The notes under the pieces: model-generated
What the model was told of the DNA's origin: nothing
The model's input: the letters and a program-made list of their open reading frames with translations, nothing else
Database searches by the model: none
Shown here: positions 11,778 to 25,393 of the stretch, one piece after another
Numbering within the stretch: position 1 is the stretch's first letter
How the letters are laid out: each line of letters begins with the position of its first letter
Source of the DNA: Phallusia mammillata
Lineage: Eukaryota
Reading direction: 5' to 3'
DNA length: 64,000 bases
Assembly: GCA_965637545.1 (NCBI GenBank)
Contig: OZ281497.1
Location: forward strand, 16,988,001 to 17,052,000
Made by a program: the position numbers and the translations under genes

Positions 11778-12989
11778 TTAGTAGCCAAATCCACGGCCAT
11801 AGCCGCCACGACCCATTCCTGGAGGTGGGGGATGCATTCCTGGTGGAGGACCAAACCCTCCTCTTTGTGGGGCCATACTTCCAGGGGCTGGACCTCCAAC
11901 ACCATGCATGGGTCCCTGTAAACCTGGTGTTGGACCACCTGGACCACCCATACCACGTCCAGCTGCCCTGCCTTGCCCCGGACCTCGACTGGGAATGCCA
12001 GGAACCCCCATGCCTTTCTGCATGTATAAACAAAACGGATTGTTATTGTCATTCAACGAAACGTAAATAAACTTTCAATACAGTTACACTACTGCTATTA
12101 ACAACATAATTGGGCCTATTAAAAACAAACATTTTTTAAGCAAAAAAACATCTAAAAAAGTCAAAATATCATGTTATTTAATGCACTGTGCACAAATTAA
12201 AATTTAAAAAATAATAAAACAATTTGCTTACTCCTGAAGGTGGTGGGCCTTCTACTGACATTGAAACCAGATGCTCTCCTCTGAGTAAAACAAGACCTAA
12301 TGTTCGCTTTTCTTCACGGTCTGCAGTTCCCTTTTTTGGGCGAATACGACGAAATTCATCACAATCGACAAGAATCAAATTCATGTGCTTGTCAAATGCT
12401 TTAAATGTTCCAATAAAAGTTCTTCCATCCTGATAACACGAAAAATGTTTTCTAAGACCAAAATACAACCTTGTCTTTTAAAAAGGATGTTTGCAACTAT
12501 ACTTAGAACTGTATATTTAAAAACATTACTTTAGCTAATTAGAGAGAAAAACCATCTACTTATTTTATACATCATTGGCAGTATTACACAGGTATGATAG
12601 CTTAACATAAATCATTTTAATATCATGTACATTTATTGGCAAAAAAGCAAATGGGATGTTGATCGAAACAAATCCTTACAGCAGAACAAGGGGCATGTTA
12701 AGCTCTTTAACATATTTGTATCTCAAGTCTTAACCATTATTGTGTGCAATTTTTGTGAGAATCACCTGCAAGATACATCGCATGCGAAAGTTGATGTGGT
12801 TGTTTAACTTTGAACCTCCACGTGGAGCCTAAAAAACAATAAATGTGGCTCGAGCTCGATACAGTAACACAGTCAAATTTATGTCAACAATTTACAGTTT
12901 AAGATTTTTTTACAACATGTCCAAACCAAAATACAGCAGTAAACCTGCCCAAACGTTATCTCAAAATAACATATATTTGATCTTACCAT
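11778..12989 (-). CDS. SNRPB: Small nuclear ribonucleoprotein-associated protein B (SmB), 4 coding exons, 167 aa
   Basis: Exons 12989-12987 (ATG only), 12828-12766 ([21 protein letters not shown]), 12429-12232 ([27 protein letters not shown]...LGLVLLRGE, Sm motifs) and 12017-11778 (Gly/Pro/RG-rich tail). All introns are phase 0 GT-AG. Confidence 0.96.
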
Positions 12990-13375
12990 TTTGTTGAAAT
13001 ATTGGGAAAAACTGGTAACAAAAGCAAACCAGTAAAAAACATGAACTGCTTGGAGCTGATCTGCAACAAAATTTTTGTGAAAACAAGCGTGATATTTTGA
13101 CATAACCGACGGAGCATGTGTAAGTCCGTAGGTATAAAAACACGGTAAAATAAATACTATACATGTAGATAGTAAAACATTTTTTGCAACATTTTGGTTT
13201 GCATAAACATTTAAAGTTTTTACTGGATTAAAATTGCTTCATAATGATTAAACTAGTGTTAAAATTTATACTGTACTACTTAGGTTACGTGAAAGTAAGA
13301 AATCTAAACCGGCGCGCATTGTTACATACGTTCACACCGATTGGGCGGCAGTTGTACAAAAACTGATAATTAGTC

Positions 13376-13901
13376 CAGGGAGTCGAACCGGAACTGAACC
13401 CGAACCCGCGAACCGGTTTGAGCGGTTAATTTCATTAAACCCGAACCGAACCCGAACCGCTAATTACGATTTTCTGAAAACCCGAACCGGAGTTGAACCG
13501 CATATTTTGTTGGGCGTTGGACCCGAACCGGAACCGAACCAGTAAAAAATGCAGTTTGTTTTAAATTTTGTGATTTTGTTCAAAACAGCGCACTGAAGAA
13601 TACGCGATAGGCTATAACACTTATAGGGCGTGTCAAAAATAACAGTGTACGGGCAAAATTATTTTGGAGTTTGTTAAGGTCAGGTAGATGATGGGTAGAA
13701 TTAAATTAAAATGAATAAAAATTTAAACCGGTTTAAAAACCGCAAACCGGTTCGGACCTGATAATTTGCCCAAACCGGAACAAAACCCGAACCCGAAAAT
13801 ATATATTTTTAAAAACCCGAACCGAACCCGAACCCCTAAAAACAAAACCAAGTGAACCCGAACCGAACCTGAACCCATATGACAAGCGGTTCGACTCCCT
13901 G
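13376..13901. mobile_element. hAT-type MITE (526 bp) upstream of SNRPB
   Basis: Perfect 15-bp terminal inverted repeats (TIRs) cagggagtcgaaccg / cggttcgactccctg. Perfect 8-bp TSD aattagtc (13368-13375, 13902-13909). Many internal (c)ccgaacc motifs. Confidence 0.92.
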
Positions 13902-15588
13902 AATTAGTCAATGTCAAATAAAAAAAATCTGGACAAAATTTCTGGACTGCGACTAAGAAATTCAACTCAATAAATAAAATCCGTTGGCAAATAAGTTATT
14001 TTGTTCGTCCCTGACATAGGATGCTGCGTGGCATTTACCAAAATAAAAACGGTATGACAAGAATGGTGGGCTACTCCAACCTATTAAGAAGTCAACTTTA
14101 AACAAGATCTTTTAAAGCAGATACAACACAGGGCAATGATAGTTGTTTAGCTAAGTCAATCATTATTCAACCAATTAAACTGATTGATTAAATAAGGGAT
14201 TTCCCGCCACCATATTAAAGTGCACTGTTGTAGGTCTACTTATCTACACATAATTCGAGACTAAAGCATGACTACTAATATTTAAGTAAATAAAAACTGA
14301 GAATATGCACACCTCATTCATATCTACAATCAAGAAAAAAATGTACTGAAACGTTAAACGCAACCATCCCATATATTTGTTTTTATTACCAACAATGCAA
14401 AGAAAGAGAACCTATTCTGATTACAACAACATTAATAAATTGCCCTACTGCTGTCCCCTACTATCATACTGAGCGCTTCTTGCGCTATATAAAGGCATCA
14501 GCCTTTAGCCTAATATAAAAATCTCATCATAAACTCTATTAAACACCAGCCTAAAATTTCTCTCGTATCAGCCCAAAAAAACTTGTTTTTCCGTTCAAGT
14601 TAACAGAATAAAAATCTTTGTTTATCAGCACCAGTGCCTGAAACATGACATTATCCCTCGCCCTAATGCTTTCAGCAATTACTCAACAATCAATAGGCTT
14701 TCCAGCTTATTTTCAAAAAGAAAAACAAACTTGACAATTTTCTAAAACTGTATTTCGAGTAACGAAAGCAATTGCCATGAACAAATCTCGCCGGCGCGAG
14801 ATGAAAAAAGGCACAAAACGGTCACTTGAAATACAGCGATAACCGCATAATCAGACAAAACGAGCCCAAAATCAAAAACAGCCTATAACGTGTATCGTAT
14901 TTTCAGGAAGTTCGTCGTATAAATATTGACAAATAATACCAAACAGTTGTTAATTTTCACCTAAATTTAGATTTGCCCCATAAATATTGGATCAAGTAAG
15001 TAAAAATGCGCCAAAACAGTAGAACTCATACAAAAAAACTTTGAGCAAACACATAAGTGGAAACTGCCTCAAAATTTTTCTAGCATTATGTAATAAATCA
15101 TAGCCACAAAATCGTCAAAACGACACAGGTTGATGCAATAAAAACAAGGTGTTGTGAAAAGAGAAAGAAAGCGTAAAAATCTACAGTAACGCGCATTTAT
15201 GGCGACATGTGTTTTTTGTCACGAAGTTTTTAGGGTTCTAACAATAAAAATCACACTGACTTTCAAAAAATACAAATTTAACACTTTATAATACTCCTAT
15301 TCGTTTCGTCTACTTTGTCAGGCATTGTTTTAAAAAACAAAAAACGCGATTAGATGTATGAGAGCAGATCAATCAAATGTGGAAAATTATTCAATCCGTT
15401 TCAAAGCAATGTAATTAAAATTCAAACGCACAAATACTATAAACATATTTTTATTCCCCTTTGTTAAGGCATTTAGTGTGCATAATTGTGTTTGCCACAT
15501 GCCTACATGATTAACGGCGGAACATAGTTTGACAGACTTTCGCAGGCAAAGTTTTTTCGCTGAACATGATCGAGGTACAGAAGAACAA

Positions 15589-15762
15589 TTTGGCCACGTG
15601 GTGGCAATCACACCACAGCTCTGTCGCATTTAAATGAGTGCTAAAATCCAATGGGGGATATGTCATAAGCAACACGATGGCAATTACGTTAGGGTAATGG
15701 TGGCGAGGAAGGACTGGTTTTTGACACCAACCCGGACGCACGCGGTTGACAGATCGGCATAA
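15589..15762 (+). mobile_element. Possible decayed 3' remnant of an RTE-like LINE ORF
   Basis: Fragmented motifs in the expected order across frames: FGHVV (15589), LG*WWRGR (about 15690-15712), AVDRSA* (15742-15762). They resemble the WFGHV...GxRxRGR...AxDRxxW end of RTE reverse transcriptases. Heavily degraded. Confidence 0.25.
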
Positions 15763-16443
15763 GGAATACGACTGGCGACCACAAAGCAAACAGGCGAGAG
15801 AAAAACGAAAAAGGAAGTTAAGCGGGGCGTGACGGCCCGTTGAGACGTTGGGCGATGCAGGCTGAAAGGGATCGAGTCCGGATTTTGCTAAATGGATCGC
15901 AATTATAAGGACCTACACAATATATGAAACGGGATGTTAGGACTGCTGAGGCCACAAAATTTTGCCAAAACTTGAACACAGATATGAGGCGAGGCTGCTG
16001 GAATAAAACGGCATTAAAATGGGGAACGGCCTGCTGATTGTCAATAGGACAAAACGTAAAAAACATAATAGCCTAACCATAGTGAGAACACCCTAAACCT
16101 CCTCAGAAAGGATGTAACATTTGTTCATTCAGGGCAAAGGATTGCCGTCTTTAAAACAGCACAAGTTGTTAATAAGTCGGCAAAGTCGCAAATCATGAAG
16201 CAAAACCGCGAAGGCGAAATAAGCTCTTAATGTTAAACAGCTTCGTGCGAGTAAAGAATTTGTGTTTTCGACATATTTCGTCGCGATTATGTAAAGATAT
16301 CAAATCGACAAATGTCACTCGAACAAACACAAACGGTAAAAAGAACGAACTATTACTCTTGGGCAGAAACGACTGGCTTTTCAGGGACCATAGCAAAATG
16401 CATTGTTTTAACTGTTTGTCCCGTAATTAGGGCTTAAGTCTCC

Positions 16444-19400
16444 TCATTCGAGAATAAGACTTATAAAGGATGCAATGTTGAGTCTGTTCTCGCGCAAGTG
16501 CGACTGTATGAAGGGGTGCTCCTCAAGATCGCGGTAATTGGGACGTTGCGCTGGATCCTTGTTAAGGCAACAGCGACAGAAGTTGTGTAGTTCGGGCGAA
16601 AATGCGTTGTCCGGGAGCGACGGTGAAGGATCTTCAACCACCTAAAAACAGGATGCTTCATTACGAAAATCGCTGTTTCAAACCGAAGGCTTTTAACCGG
16701 AAGTAACTTAGAGGTAAATCTGACATGATTTTAGAGCAAACTTTACCATTGTCCAACTTTTTTGGCATGCTGAATTTGTGCAGTGAAGAACGGGGAATTT
16801 TATCACAATGCAATGGGGTCAAAGGAGAGAAATATCGATATATGGTTGTAGACTAATAGTTTTAAATGTATACTAATAAAGTTGTATGTATTAAGTATAA
16901 AATTATTCAAGCCAATGAATATACGAGTAAAGAGGCCAAGCTGTGATCAAAATGAGCAACGAAAACAAGTAATTAAAATAAGTAAACTCGGGACCATCAT
17001 AAATTGGGCCGATCTATTCAGCTACGTATTGTTTAAAACAACAAAGGAACTAAAAGCAAAATCGCTATGGGCGTTACTTATATCGCGCGTATGAGTCGAC
17101 GGGAATTTAAATCCTGCAAGAACACAGAAGTTTGGTATCCTACATCATGCCGAATTACCGGTTGTGGACGGATATCGGTTAGTTTCATGTCCGTTGTGGT
17201 ATCTTATGCGTCGCCCAAATTACATGGATATAGACCCTTTAAAGTGCATAAGATACAAGTACCAAAATACTTGCTAAACACACAATTTTCAAAAGCTTTC
17301 ACCAAAACCCATTTAAATGTTACCACACAGGGCTTTGTAACTTTCCAAGGTGTCGTTATAGCAAAGGTAAAGGCAACGCAAGGTTACACCCACTTTCACT
17401 AACCGGGTCTTGGTGTATTACGTTGAAAGTTTGAAACTATTATGTTTGTAGCTTTATCGATAAATATTGTAAACGATTATGAAACTTTACCTTTTCACGA
17501 ATTAGCCAACACTGTCGTTAGCTTAACACCCGATCTCGTACCTCCTGTTTTCTACTTTGTATACCTCTAGCCAGGGTTTTTTTAAGGTTTGGTTTGGGTG
17601 ACCGCTAAGTAGTTTTAAGAGACCGCAAGTGTTTCATTTAAATACCAAAAATAGCCATATTTGCTTAAACGAATTATTTATTAGGCTACTGGCAAATTTT
17701 GGGAAACCGCTGGAGAAATTTGGGGGACCGTTTCGGTCCCCCAAAACACCTTAAAAAAACACTGCCCCTAGCCTAGGGGCTACATTCGCCCCTGTTAAGA
17801 GCCACTGGCCTAAAACCCTTCTAACGACCACTGCACTAATCTCAAGATCACTAACCTGTTTTAACTGCTGAAAGGGATTCTTCCAGGTATCGTAGGGGAA
17901 GTCCCCGGTTGCAACTTCGATCATGGTGATGCCGAGGCTCCAGACGTCACTCTTCACATCGTAACCCTGCTTGTTCTTGGCAGGGTCGATACGCTCAGGG
18001 GCCATATATGGTTTGCAGCCGGCGTCGATCGTTTTGGCCAGGGAGTCGACAAGCTGTCCGCTAATGCCGAAGTCGCACAGTTTCACTTGCCCTGCGTCAA
18101 TAAAAAGATAGATTTTAAAACAACGTGTACAGTTTAAAAACAACCCATCGTTTACAGGGTAAATATAAGTAAGCAAAGTTTTGCGAGAAGTAGAGCATTA
18201 AGGCGTCAAAGAAATTGGGAGTTAAACAGAATCTTTAAAATCAAACGGAGAGAAACTCTTTAAAAATCATGGTCGAAAACTTGTGTCCTAAAGGTTTAAC
18301 CAATGCCTTGCTCGCTTGTTTTTGATTTATTCTTGCCTGTTTGATTAGTGAAAAAAATATTTTCGCTTGTAAATCAACTCTATTACCAGCTGTGTTATCA
18401 AATATGGTCGGTTGTTATCATAATCTGCAAGAAAGGGGTTTGCGCAAAAAAGTCTGCAATTGCAATCATTTATTCCAGTGACTTTTCCTGCAACAAACAC
18501 TGATGACTCAGCACACGGAGGCACATGTGTGACGTCGGAGCATGCTAAGTCACAGAGAGACTTGCAAATATGGAAGTTGAAGAGGTCGACTTAGCAATGC
18601 CGCCTCCAACAATGCAACCGCAGGCAAAGAAATAACAGAACAGGAGCTTGGCTGACACAAGGATAAATAACCTTAGATGTGTTAACCTGGTAACGTAGTT
18701 TTTCCTTCCAAATCAAAAGCTTATCGCAACAAAATGGCCTATGGTTGCTGTCAGTGCCAAAATTGCAGTTGTTTCAAATTTAATGCTTGAACCCGAAAGT
18801 GCTAGGGTAAATCCGATCCACACCTAACGGAAGCCCGAAAACTGTTTACCAAATAAACCAAAAACGCAATGACATGTACGTGCGAAACAATCTAATCCAC
18901 ATCTGGCTTGTTCGTGCAAAAAACGTAAAAATATAATATATACGAAGCAATGTTGACATTCAGGCCCATATTAGGCCCATTCTTTTCTAAAATCAAAGCC
19001 CGAGACAAGCCCATAGTTAAGCCGAAAAGCCCTGACTTATAATTCTGGTTTATATATGGATTAAGTTCAAACGTGTGATAAAGGCTACAGTTCATTTTAT
19101 TCGAAGGATGAAGCACAAAAGTAAACTCCTTAAAAAATTTAAACTTTAAATGTGTGTAGGGAATTTCCCCGGGCTCGTTGCAGAAAATTTAACCGAACAG
19201 GTCATATGCATCAAAACCACCCAACGGTTCTCCTTTTGTTGTGAGTTTTGTTGCAAACAATAAAGGCAGCTGAGTCGGAGGAAAGTCCCGAAAGCTGACC
19301 GTTGGTACAACGAGATCAAATCTCCCCCAACGAAGGACAATAGTGGCGTAACCAAACACATCCAGTGACAGTAATTGTCCATTTGATGACAGACTACAGA

Positions 19401-22400
19401 GCGAGGTATCACATGGGTTTTATACTATAGGCTGGCTGTATCTTTTTTGGAAACAACCATATTTGGTTTGGGGCTGAATAATTAAACAATAAAAACACTG
19501 CAGCTGGGACTTTACATTGTACTTTCCTTTTCTGCCTCGCAAAGCTAAATGAATACAAGCACTGTTGGACTTCATCAGAGCTAATCTAAATGCCACAGCA
19601 AGAATTTCGAATATTCGATAGACGACACCCTTGTCCGTATCCGTCGCGGAATGCGGCTAACTACAAAAACAGTATCGAACAATTTGCGTCAGAAGTCTTC
19701 GGAAGAGTCACAAGGGCATGAAAGCACGAACAGACAGACAGAGGAGCTCAATTCAAACAAAAGCGCATCGGGGGAGCCCGGCGGCGGTGAGCAGTTTTCG
19801 TCGTCAATGCCGGTTTGTTTGTCGTCGAAAGGTCGAACCGACAGGCAAAGCACTGTCCGGGCGCGGGGCGTGACATTTTCATGCATCCGCACATTCTCTT
19901 TGCGCCTCTGTTCGCCACGGAACCGAAAATAGATGCGTCGCCCACAACTGCTCAGCAACAAAGCGCGTGTATGTGAGCCACAAGCACCCCATTCATACGT
20001 CACACACCGCAACATTGTGACGCGCGTCGCGGTTGCACGCGGGCAACATCATTGCGTTTTGCCAACCATCCTGTGGACGAAGCATCTCGCCTCCGGTTGT
20101 CACGTGACTTCCGGGACACCAAAACGAGGTCAATTTGTAACAGGATCGCGGTTTAATCTCCGAAGTCGAGAGAACTAAAACCGCGCGTTCGTTGAATCAA
20201 AGCCGGCTTTGGCTGCTGTGGGTTTTGGTGTAGGGCACAGGACAATAGGCGATTTACTGAGGCGCTTAATTATCAGCGCGATTGTTGGCCAACGGCAGGA
20301 TTAGCGTAGACGCGTCGTCTGGCGAAATATTAAGCCTACTGTTCCCTTCATTCGATCACGCATGACTGAGACAAACAACGATTCATCGCGCGTTTTGGGT
20401 TTAACTTTGTGTGTTGCCAACAGCGATGAAAAACAATCGCACGTTCGGTTTTGTTTGCTGCGACTAAGGAATATCAAAAATACACCAGCGTTACAAAATC
20501 TACATGGTACTATATATTTTGGTTTTTCTCCGTTCAGTCAAACTACCAAAACAAAGCGGCGCGAGTCCCGGCACAAAATCCTAAACATAAATAGACAGTT
20601 TTGTTTAACGGAAAGAACCCACAAAGTACAAAGGGAAACCTAAAAACAAGAACACAGAAAAGTTAAGCACCCTATTTCACCACAATACAAACTGTTATAA
20701 CTCTGACTCACCTAATTGTTTGCCTAGAAACACAGGGACGAGGGGATAAACGTATCTCGTCGTGGCAGGCGTCTGTGTAAACTGATAGCTTGTTTTGGTA
20801 ATGATAGACCAAGCATTTTGAGCTAGAAGCTGTTTACGTTGGCAGCGAAGCGAGAAAGGCGAAATAAAACCCCGTTCTTTGTCGTTAAGGTAAAGGTGCG
20901 GTTTTGCAAAGGCACGGTGCTAAGCCTTGCTGTCGGAGAAACCTAATAACAGAACAAGCTCGGGGTCGGAACTAATCGGCGCCAGTCTGTAGGAGGTGGT
21001 CGACAAAAACTTTAACTACTCTGTTTACAGTGATACCCCGACGTTCGGTATTGCAAGGCGCGATTGTAATAAACATACACTGTCACGGGTGCTTGCATGG
21101 GAAAAAGTTGAACCCATCCACATGTAATCATCAAATACCAAGCACAACCGAACGCCAAAATAATTGCAATTATAGATCAATCCCGAAACATACCGTACGT
21201 CAAAACGCCCGACAGGATGCTTTTCCAATTCGAAATTAAAATTCTAAATAAATCAAAACATTGCATCAAGTGTTTGAAGATGCCTGATTGCCTTGCACAT
21301 AGGGTTTAAATGTGACATTTCTGCTGGGTGCAATACAGTCGCCGGGACATAGGCCTATGTCTGCCTTTTAGATTCAAGGAATAGTGCTAAGGAAGCAGAA
21401 CAGCATGCTTAGGTGTGGGTTTGATGAATGCAGAACGTAACAAAACAGCATGACCATGCTTTCAGGGAAATCGAAACCCACCGCCAGTGGTGTTGAATCG
21501 CATTCCACTTTCTTGGTGCAATATAACCTCAAGGGCCTCAGAAACGAAGCAAGAGATATTTAAAGTCGAATTTCTTTGCAGCAACGTATTGGGAATTTCC
21601 ATATCATTATCATTGAAACTTATCAAGGTCACAAAACTTTTGTTTGACACTTTTACTCAAAACAATAAGGGTCATTCGGGTTCATTGCGAGTATGTACCA
21701 AAATGATGATTTTAATGACAAAGGGTGGTTAGAATACATTTTTCACTTTAAACAAAGGGTATCCTTTTCATCGCAGACTGTACATAACAAAGGTACCCAA
21801 ACAAGTGATCACTATAGACTTTAATACAAACGACACAAGGATGTGGGAGCACGTGCTTCCGAGTGACACGTGATAGACTCGCCACATTCCTTGCATTCCA
21901 ATCCACGCCACTGGGCGTCACTGGCATAGCGACGACGTGTATTTAAGCCCATATTTTGATTTTGATATTTCAGCGAGGAATGGACCATGAAATGCTGTGT
22001 GGGCTCAATGGACTTCATAATTATAAAAGCCGTCCGTTTAAATGCAATTCGGAATATAAGGTGCTTGCAAAGAAGAGTTAAATGCCCAGCTTTTGAAACA
22101 AATGTTAGATTAGTCCTGCATTGAAAAGGGTCCGGTACTCAATGTGACCTTTGGATTCTGGGAACAGGATTCAAGCGAAATTGCAACAAAAAACAGACAT
22201 CACAAAAAAATTATCTTACAGGCAAATACTGAAAAAAACAAAACAATTACCACTAAATAATATATGCATAAGACAGTGCTAGCTATACAATTGCAGCAAT
22301 TGTTGTTGTCCAATGTGCAGTGCTTGGGGAATATGTGATTGTCTTGTGCGTTTATATACTCTGACCAAAGCACCACACATTCTTCTGAACGATTTGCATG

Positions 22401-24619
22401 TATACCAAAACAACAGGAACACTCACAATTGATGTTATGAAACATAAATTATACAAGTATATGCAAGCAAATAAGTCCAAGTTGTTTACTATAAGCTGGA
22501 AGTTTGCTTAACAAATCATTACCACCCCCTCACTTAGGCTTTAAGAAGTTTCAAATAATAAACATACAACATCAACTAAATGGTGCCTGGGAGGGCTGCA
22601 CCTGTTGACAAATTTTCCTATCACCTTGATAGGAGAAAGGGTGTTTACAACATAAGATTTATCAGTCTTGTGCCTATCATTTCAACCTAGGCCTTCTATG
22701 GCTTTGTTTGCTTAAAAACACAAAGGTAACCTGATGCTTATGGTTTCCTCAAGTCGGCTCCCCTATTCTGAACTGTCACATACTTGTGTAAATAATCATA
22801 TTCAGATGGACCAACATTCTGTACATGACTGGGCTGTTATGTAATTCTAAAATAACAGTGTCTGGTTTATTCAATCAATTGATTTTGAGACAAAAATGTG
22901 GCGAAAACCCAAAATAATTTGTTGCCAATAGAGTTTTTGTCCGTATTGGTTTCGAAAGTTACATAATTTAAAAAAATTAAAAAGTTGACTCACCTTCTTT
23001 GTTGAGTAAAACATTTGATGGTTTCACATCCCGATGAATCACATGCAAGGTTTCTTGCAGATACCGAAGTGCCTTGACAATAGATACAGCAATAAGGCCC
23101 AGTACATCTTCACCAATAGTAAGACCGCGATCTTTGACCTTAAAAGTGAAAGGGTTAGTTTCCTGTTCTATAATATTTAAGCCAAAGAAATAACATTTAC
23201 AATGTGACACATAAACACACATGGTGTTACAATTTTCCACATACAATTTATAACAGTTTTATTAAAAGCAGGTAAATTTTTCAAATTCTATGTGTCTAAA
23301 TTCTATGGCCCATTCGATACCTTTTTATAGAACTGATCAAGAGATGTATCCATGACCTCCATACATATCCATACATCTCCTTGACGAAACAATGCCCCAT
23401 AGAATGTTACCTAAAATGTTGTAGCATTTATGGCATGTGAATAACCAAAATTAGGCAAAAAATTGATCGTTGCGTGAAATATTATTTACCATAATTGGGT
23501 AAAAGCATTTGAGGCACATTTTAAGACATGTGAATAATACAACTGAACAGGTTTATCACTACAGTGACACTTACAGTATATTCACAATCAACTGAACGCA
23601 TAGCGACATCCAAATCCATAAGCAGGCGCTTTTGTTCTTGGGAATTTAATGTAGCCCTTATTCTTTTCACTGCCATTATGTTGTCAGAAGTCTTGTGCTT
23701 CATCTGTAATCATAAATTTGTTTTCCATTTGCATTGGCAATTCCATAAATTACCCTATACGACACAAAGTCCACAAAATGGAAAGATTCCTCCTCACAAA
23801 ACAAACATTCTGCTAACAAAATCAATTTTCTTTCTAGCAAACATTCATGAAGTAGCTCAACTGACCTTTTCTACAACACCATATGCACCTCTTCCCAGCT
23901 CTTCAATAACAGTAAGATCATCAGCTCTAATGTCAACATCGTTACCACCTATATGCATTCGTGAGTGAGGCTTTTGTGGAACCTTGGAAGAAGGCTGCGG
24001 CTGCTGTAATGCAAATAAATAATATTCACAATAAGGTTGTTGATTCACTGAGAAAGATACACAATGCACAAAAGGACTTGAACAACCTCCTGATATACTC
24101 TGTTAGTTAAAGCATAAGTAAGTATTTCAGGTAAATTACAATTAAAACCAGTGGTGGGTTTGAAATTTTTTGTTAGTCGGTTCTATCACAAAAGTCATAT
24201 TTTCCAGCTGGTTCTGTCACAAAAAGTTCATTGACAGTAACCAGTAATGTTAAACGGTTTGCTGATCTCATAAAATTTTGTGAGACGGTTCTATAGAACC
24301 GGTGCAAACCGGCTGAATCCCACCACTGATTAAAACATGTTTTACAGCACAATTTTTAGCTATTTTTGCAGATAAACGAATTAAATTATTTGCTACATTC
24401 TAAATTGTACCTGAACTGGGTCTGGCATTTTTATTGGAAATTTCACTCCTCTTAGTCTTCTTCGCCCTAATTATAAAGTCAGTGTTACAACAGCAAAAAA
24501 TACAAATCATGCTAAAATTTATCTCATAAAAAAATTTGCATCTAGTTATATACAACAGACACATACAACTTACCCCCAGAACTTGGTCTGCTTGCTCCAT
24601 TACTGGAGCCTTCCATCAT
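16444..24619 (-). CDS. MAP2K6: Dual-specificity MAP kinase kinase 3/6 (p38 activator), 8 coding exons, about 345 aa
   Basis: Exons 24619-24574, 24466-24411 (docking motif [11 protein letters not shown]), 24003-23866 ([11 protein letters not shown]), 23703-23575 (MAVKRIR), 23410-23321, 23138-22994 (HRDVKPSN), 18091-17856 ([27 protein letters not shown]) and 16641-16444. Phases are consistent. The activation loop is of the MKK3/6 type. Confidence 0.95.
17572..17764. mobile_element. hAT-type MITE (193 bp) in the last MAP2K intron
   Basis: 17-bp TIRs with one mismatch (cagggtttttttaaggt / accttaaaaaaacactg). TSD cctctagc / cccctagc (7/8). Internal perfect 12-bp hairpin at 17719-17745. Confidence 0.85.
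18503..18596. promoter_or_regulatory. Cluster of ARE/NF-E2 (CNC-sMaf) type sites in a MAP2K intron
   Basis: aTGACTCAGCA (core 18504-18513), TGCTAAGTCAc (18543-18553, reverse complement gTGACTTAGCA) and cGACTTAGCA (18587-18596, one mismatch). Confidence 0.5.
19600..20330. promoter_or_regulatory. GC/CpG-rich island in the long MAP2K intron; putative enhancer or internal promoter
   Basis: Visibly CpG-rich against AT-rich flanks. Palindromic GTCACGTGAC (20099-20108) abuts an ETS-type CTTCCGG. The overlapping short ORFs show no recognisable homology. Confidence 0.35.
24149..24328. mobile_element. hAT-type MITE, family CAGTGGTGGG, copy 1
   Basis: TIRs cagtggtggg / cccaccactg. Perfect 8-bp TSD attaaaac. 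Highly similar to the copies at 25394 and 35393. Confidence 0.92.
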
Positions 24620-25393
24620 TTCGAAATCAAACCAAATGTGCGGTGAAGCTTTATTATAGTTAAGATTATGTTACTTTCATCTAAGTTATGTAAGCCAAAT
24701 GCAACTGTCACTAAAAATAAAATATTTAATTTGCAACAAAATAAAGTATCTTATTTTAGGTATTAATTCAAAATTTATCATTGTGTCTTGTTCATTGCTA
24801 GTTGCTACAAACTTCTGCCAGCGGAACAAACACAATTTAACAAATGTGATTTAAAATAATGCAAATGCAAAGGAATTTTATCTATATCATAAGTTTAAAT
24901 AACAAAATTTTCTTAATGGTGATTAAAAAAGCAGACAAGGGCTCACCCTTTTAGGCAGACAATTAAACAAGTATTTAAACTGCTCTGCCAATTACAGTCA
25001 GATATTGACTGGTACCTCACATTTAGGCACCAGTACAACAATACAACAAGCAGACAGGTGCCCTTGCCCAAGCTTTTAAATAAGTAAGATGTCAAAAGAG
25101 CAGTACAACACAACACAGACTTAAAAATTGAGAACAACTAACTTGACCTGTAATGAATCAATGTGGCCAGGCACACTTTAAATGGCACAGAAACATGCAC
25201 CTGACATTTTTCTTAGTTGCACAGGAGTCATTTCAGAAAAAAAAAACACTGGGTGGTTCCAGAATAAATATTCGCCAAGCATCAAAGAGAATTTTGAAGT
25301 TAAAAAAATCAGATAATTGTAAAGTACATTAAATACATAGGTAGATATGTCTCTATTAAGCCAAAATATCATGTAGCTATTGTCATATGTAGG

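Noticed and set aside
11600-12070. Several overlapping ORFs (11600-12052, 11722-12033, 11736-11921, 11750-12070)
   Set aside because: Alternative frames of the Gly/Pro-rich last exon of SNRPB.
12430-12986. Search for an intronic C/D snoRNA or poison exon in SNRPB introns, as known in vertebrates
   Set aside because: No box C plus box D pair with a terminal stem, and no convincing cassette exon seen.
13381-13900. ccgaacc repeat arrays that superficially look like a CRISPR or satellite array
   Set aside because: Irregular spacing inside TIR- and TSD-bounded DNA; these are MITE subterminal motifs in a eukaryotic genome.
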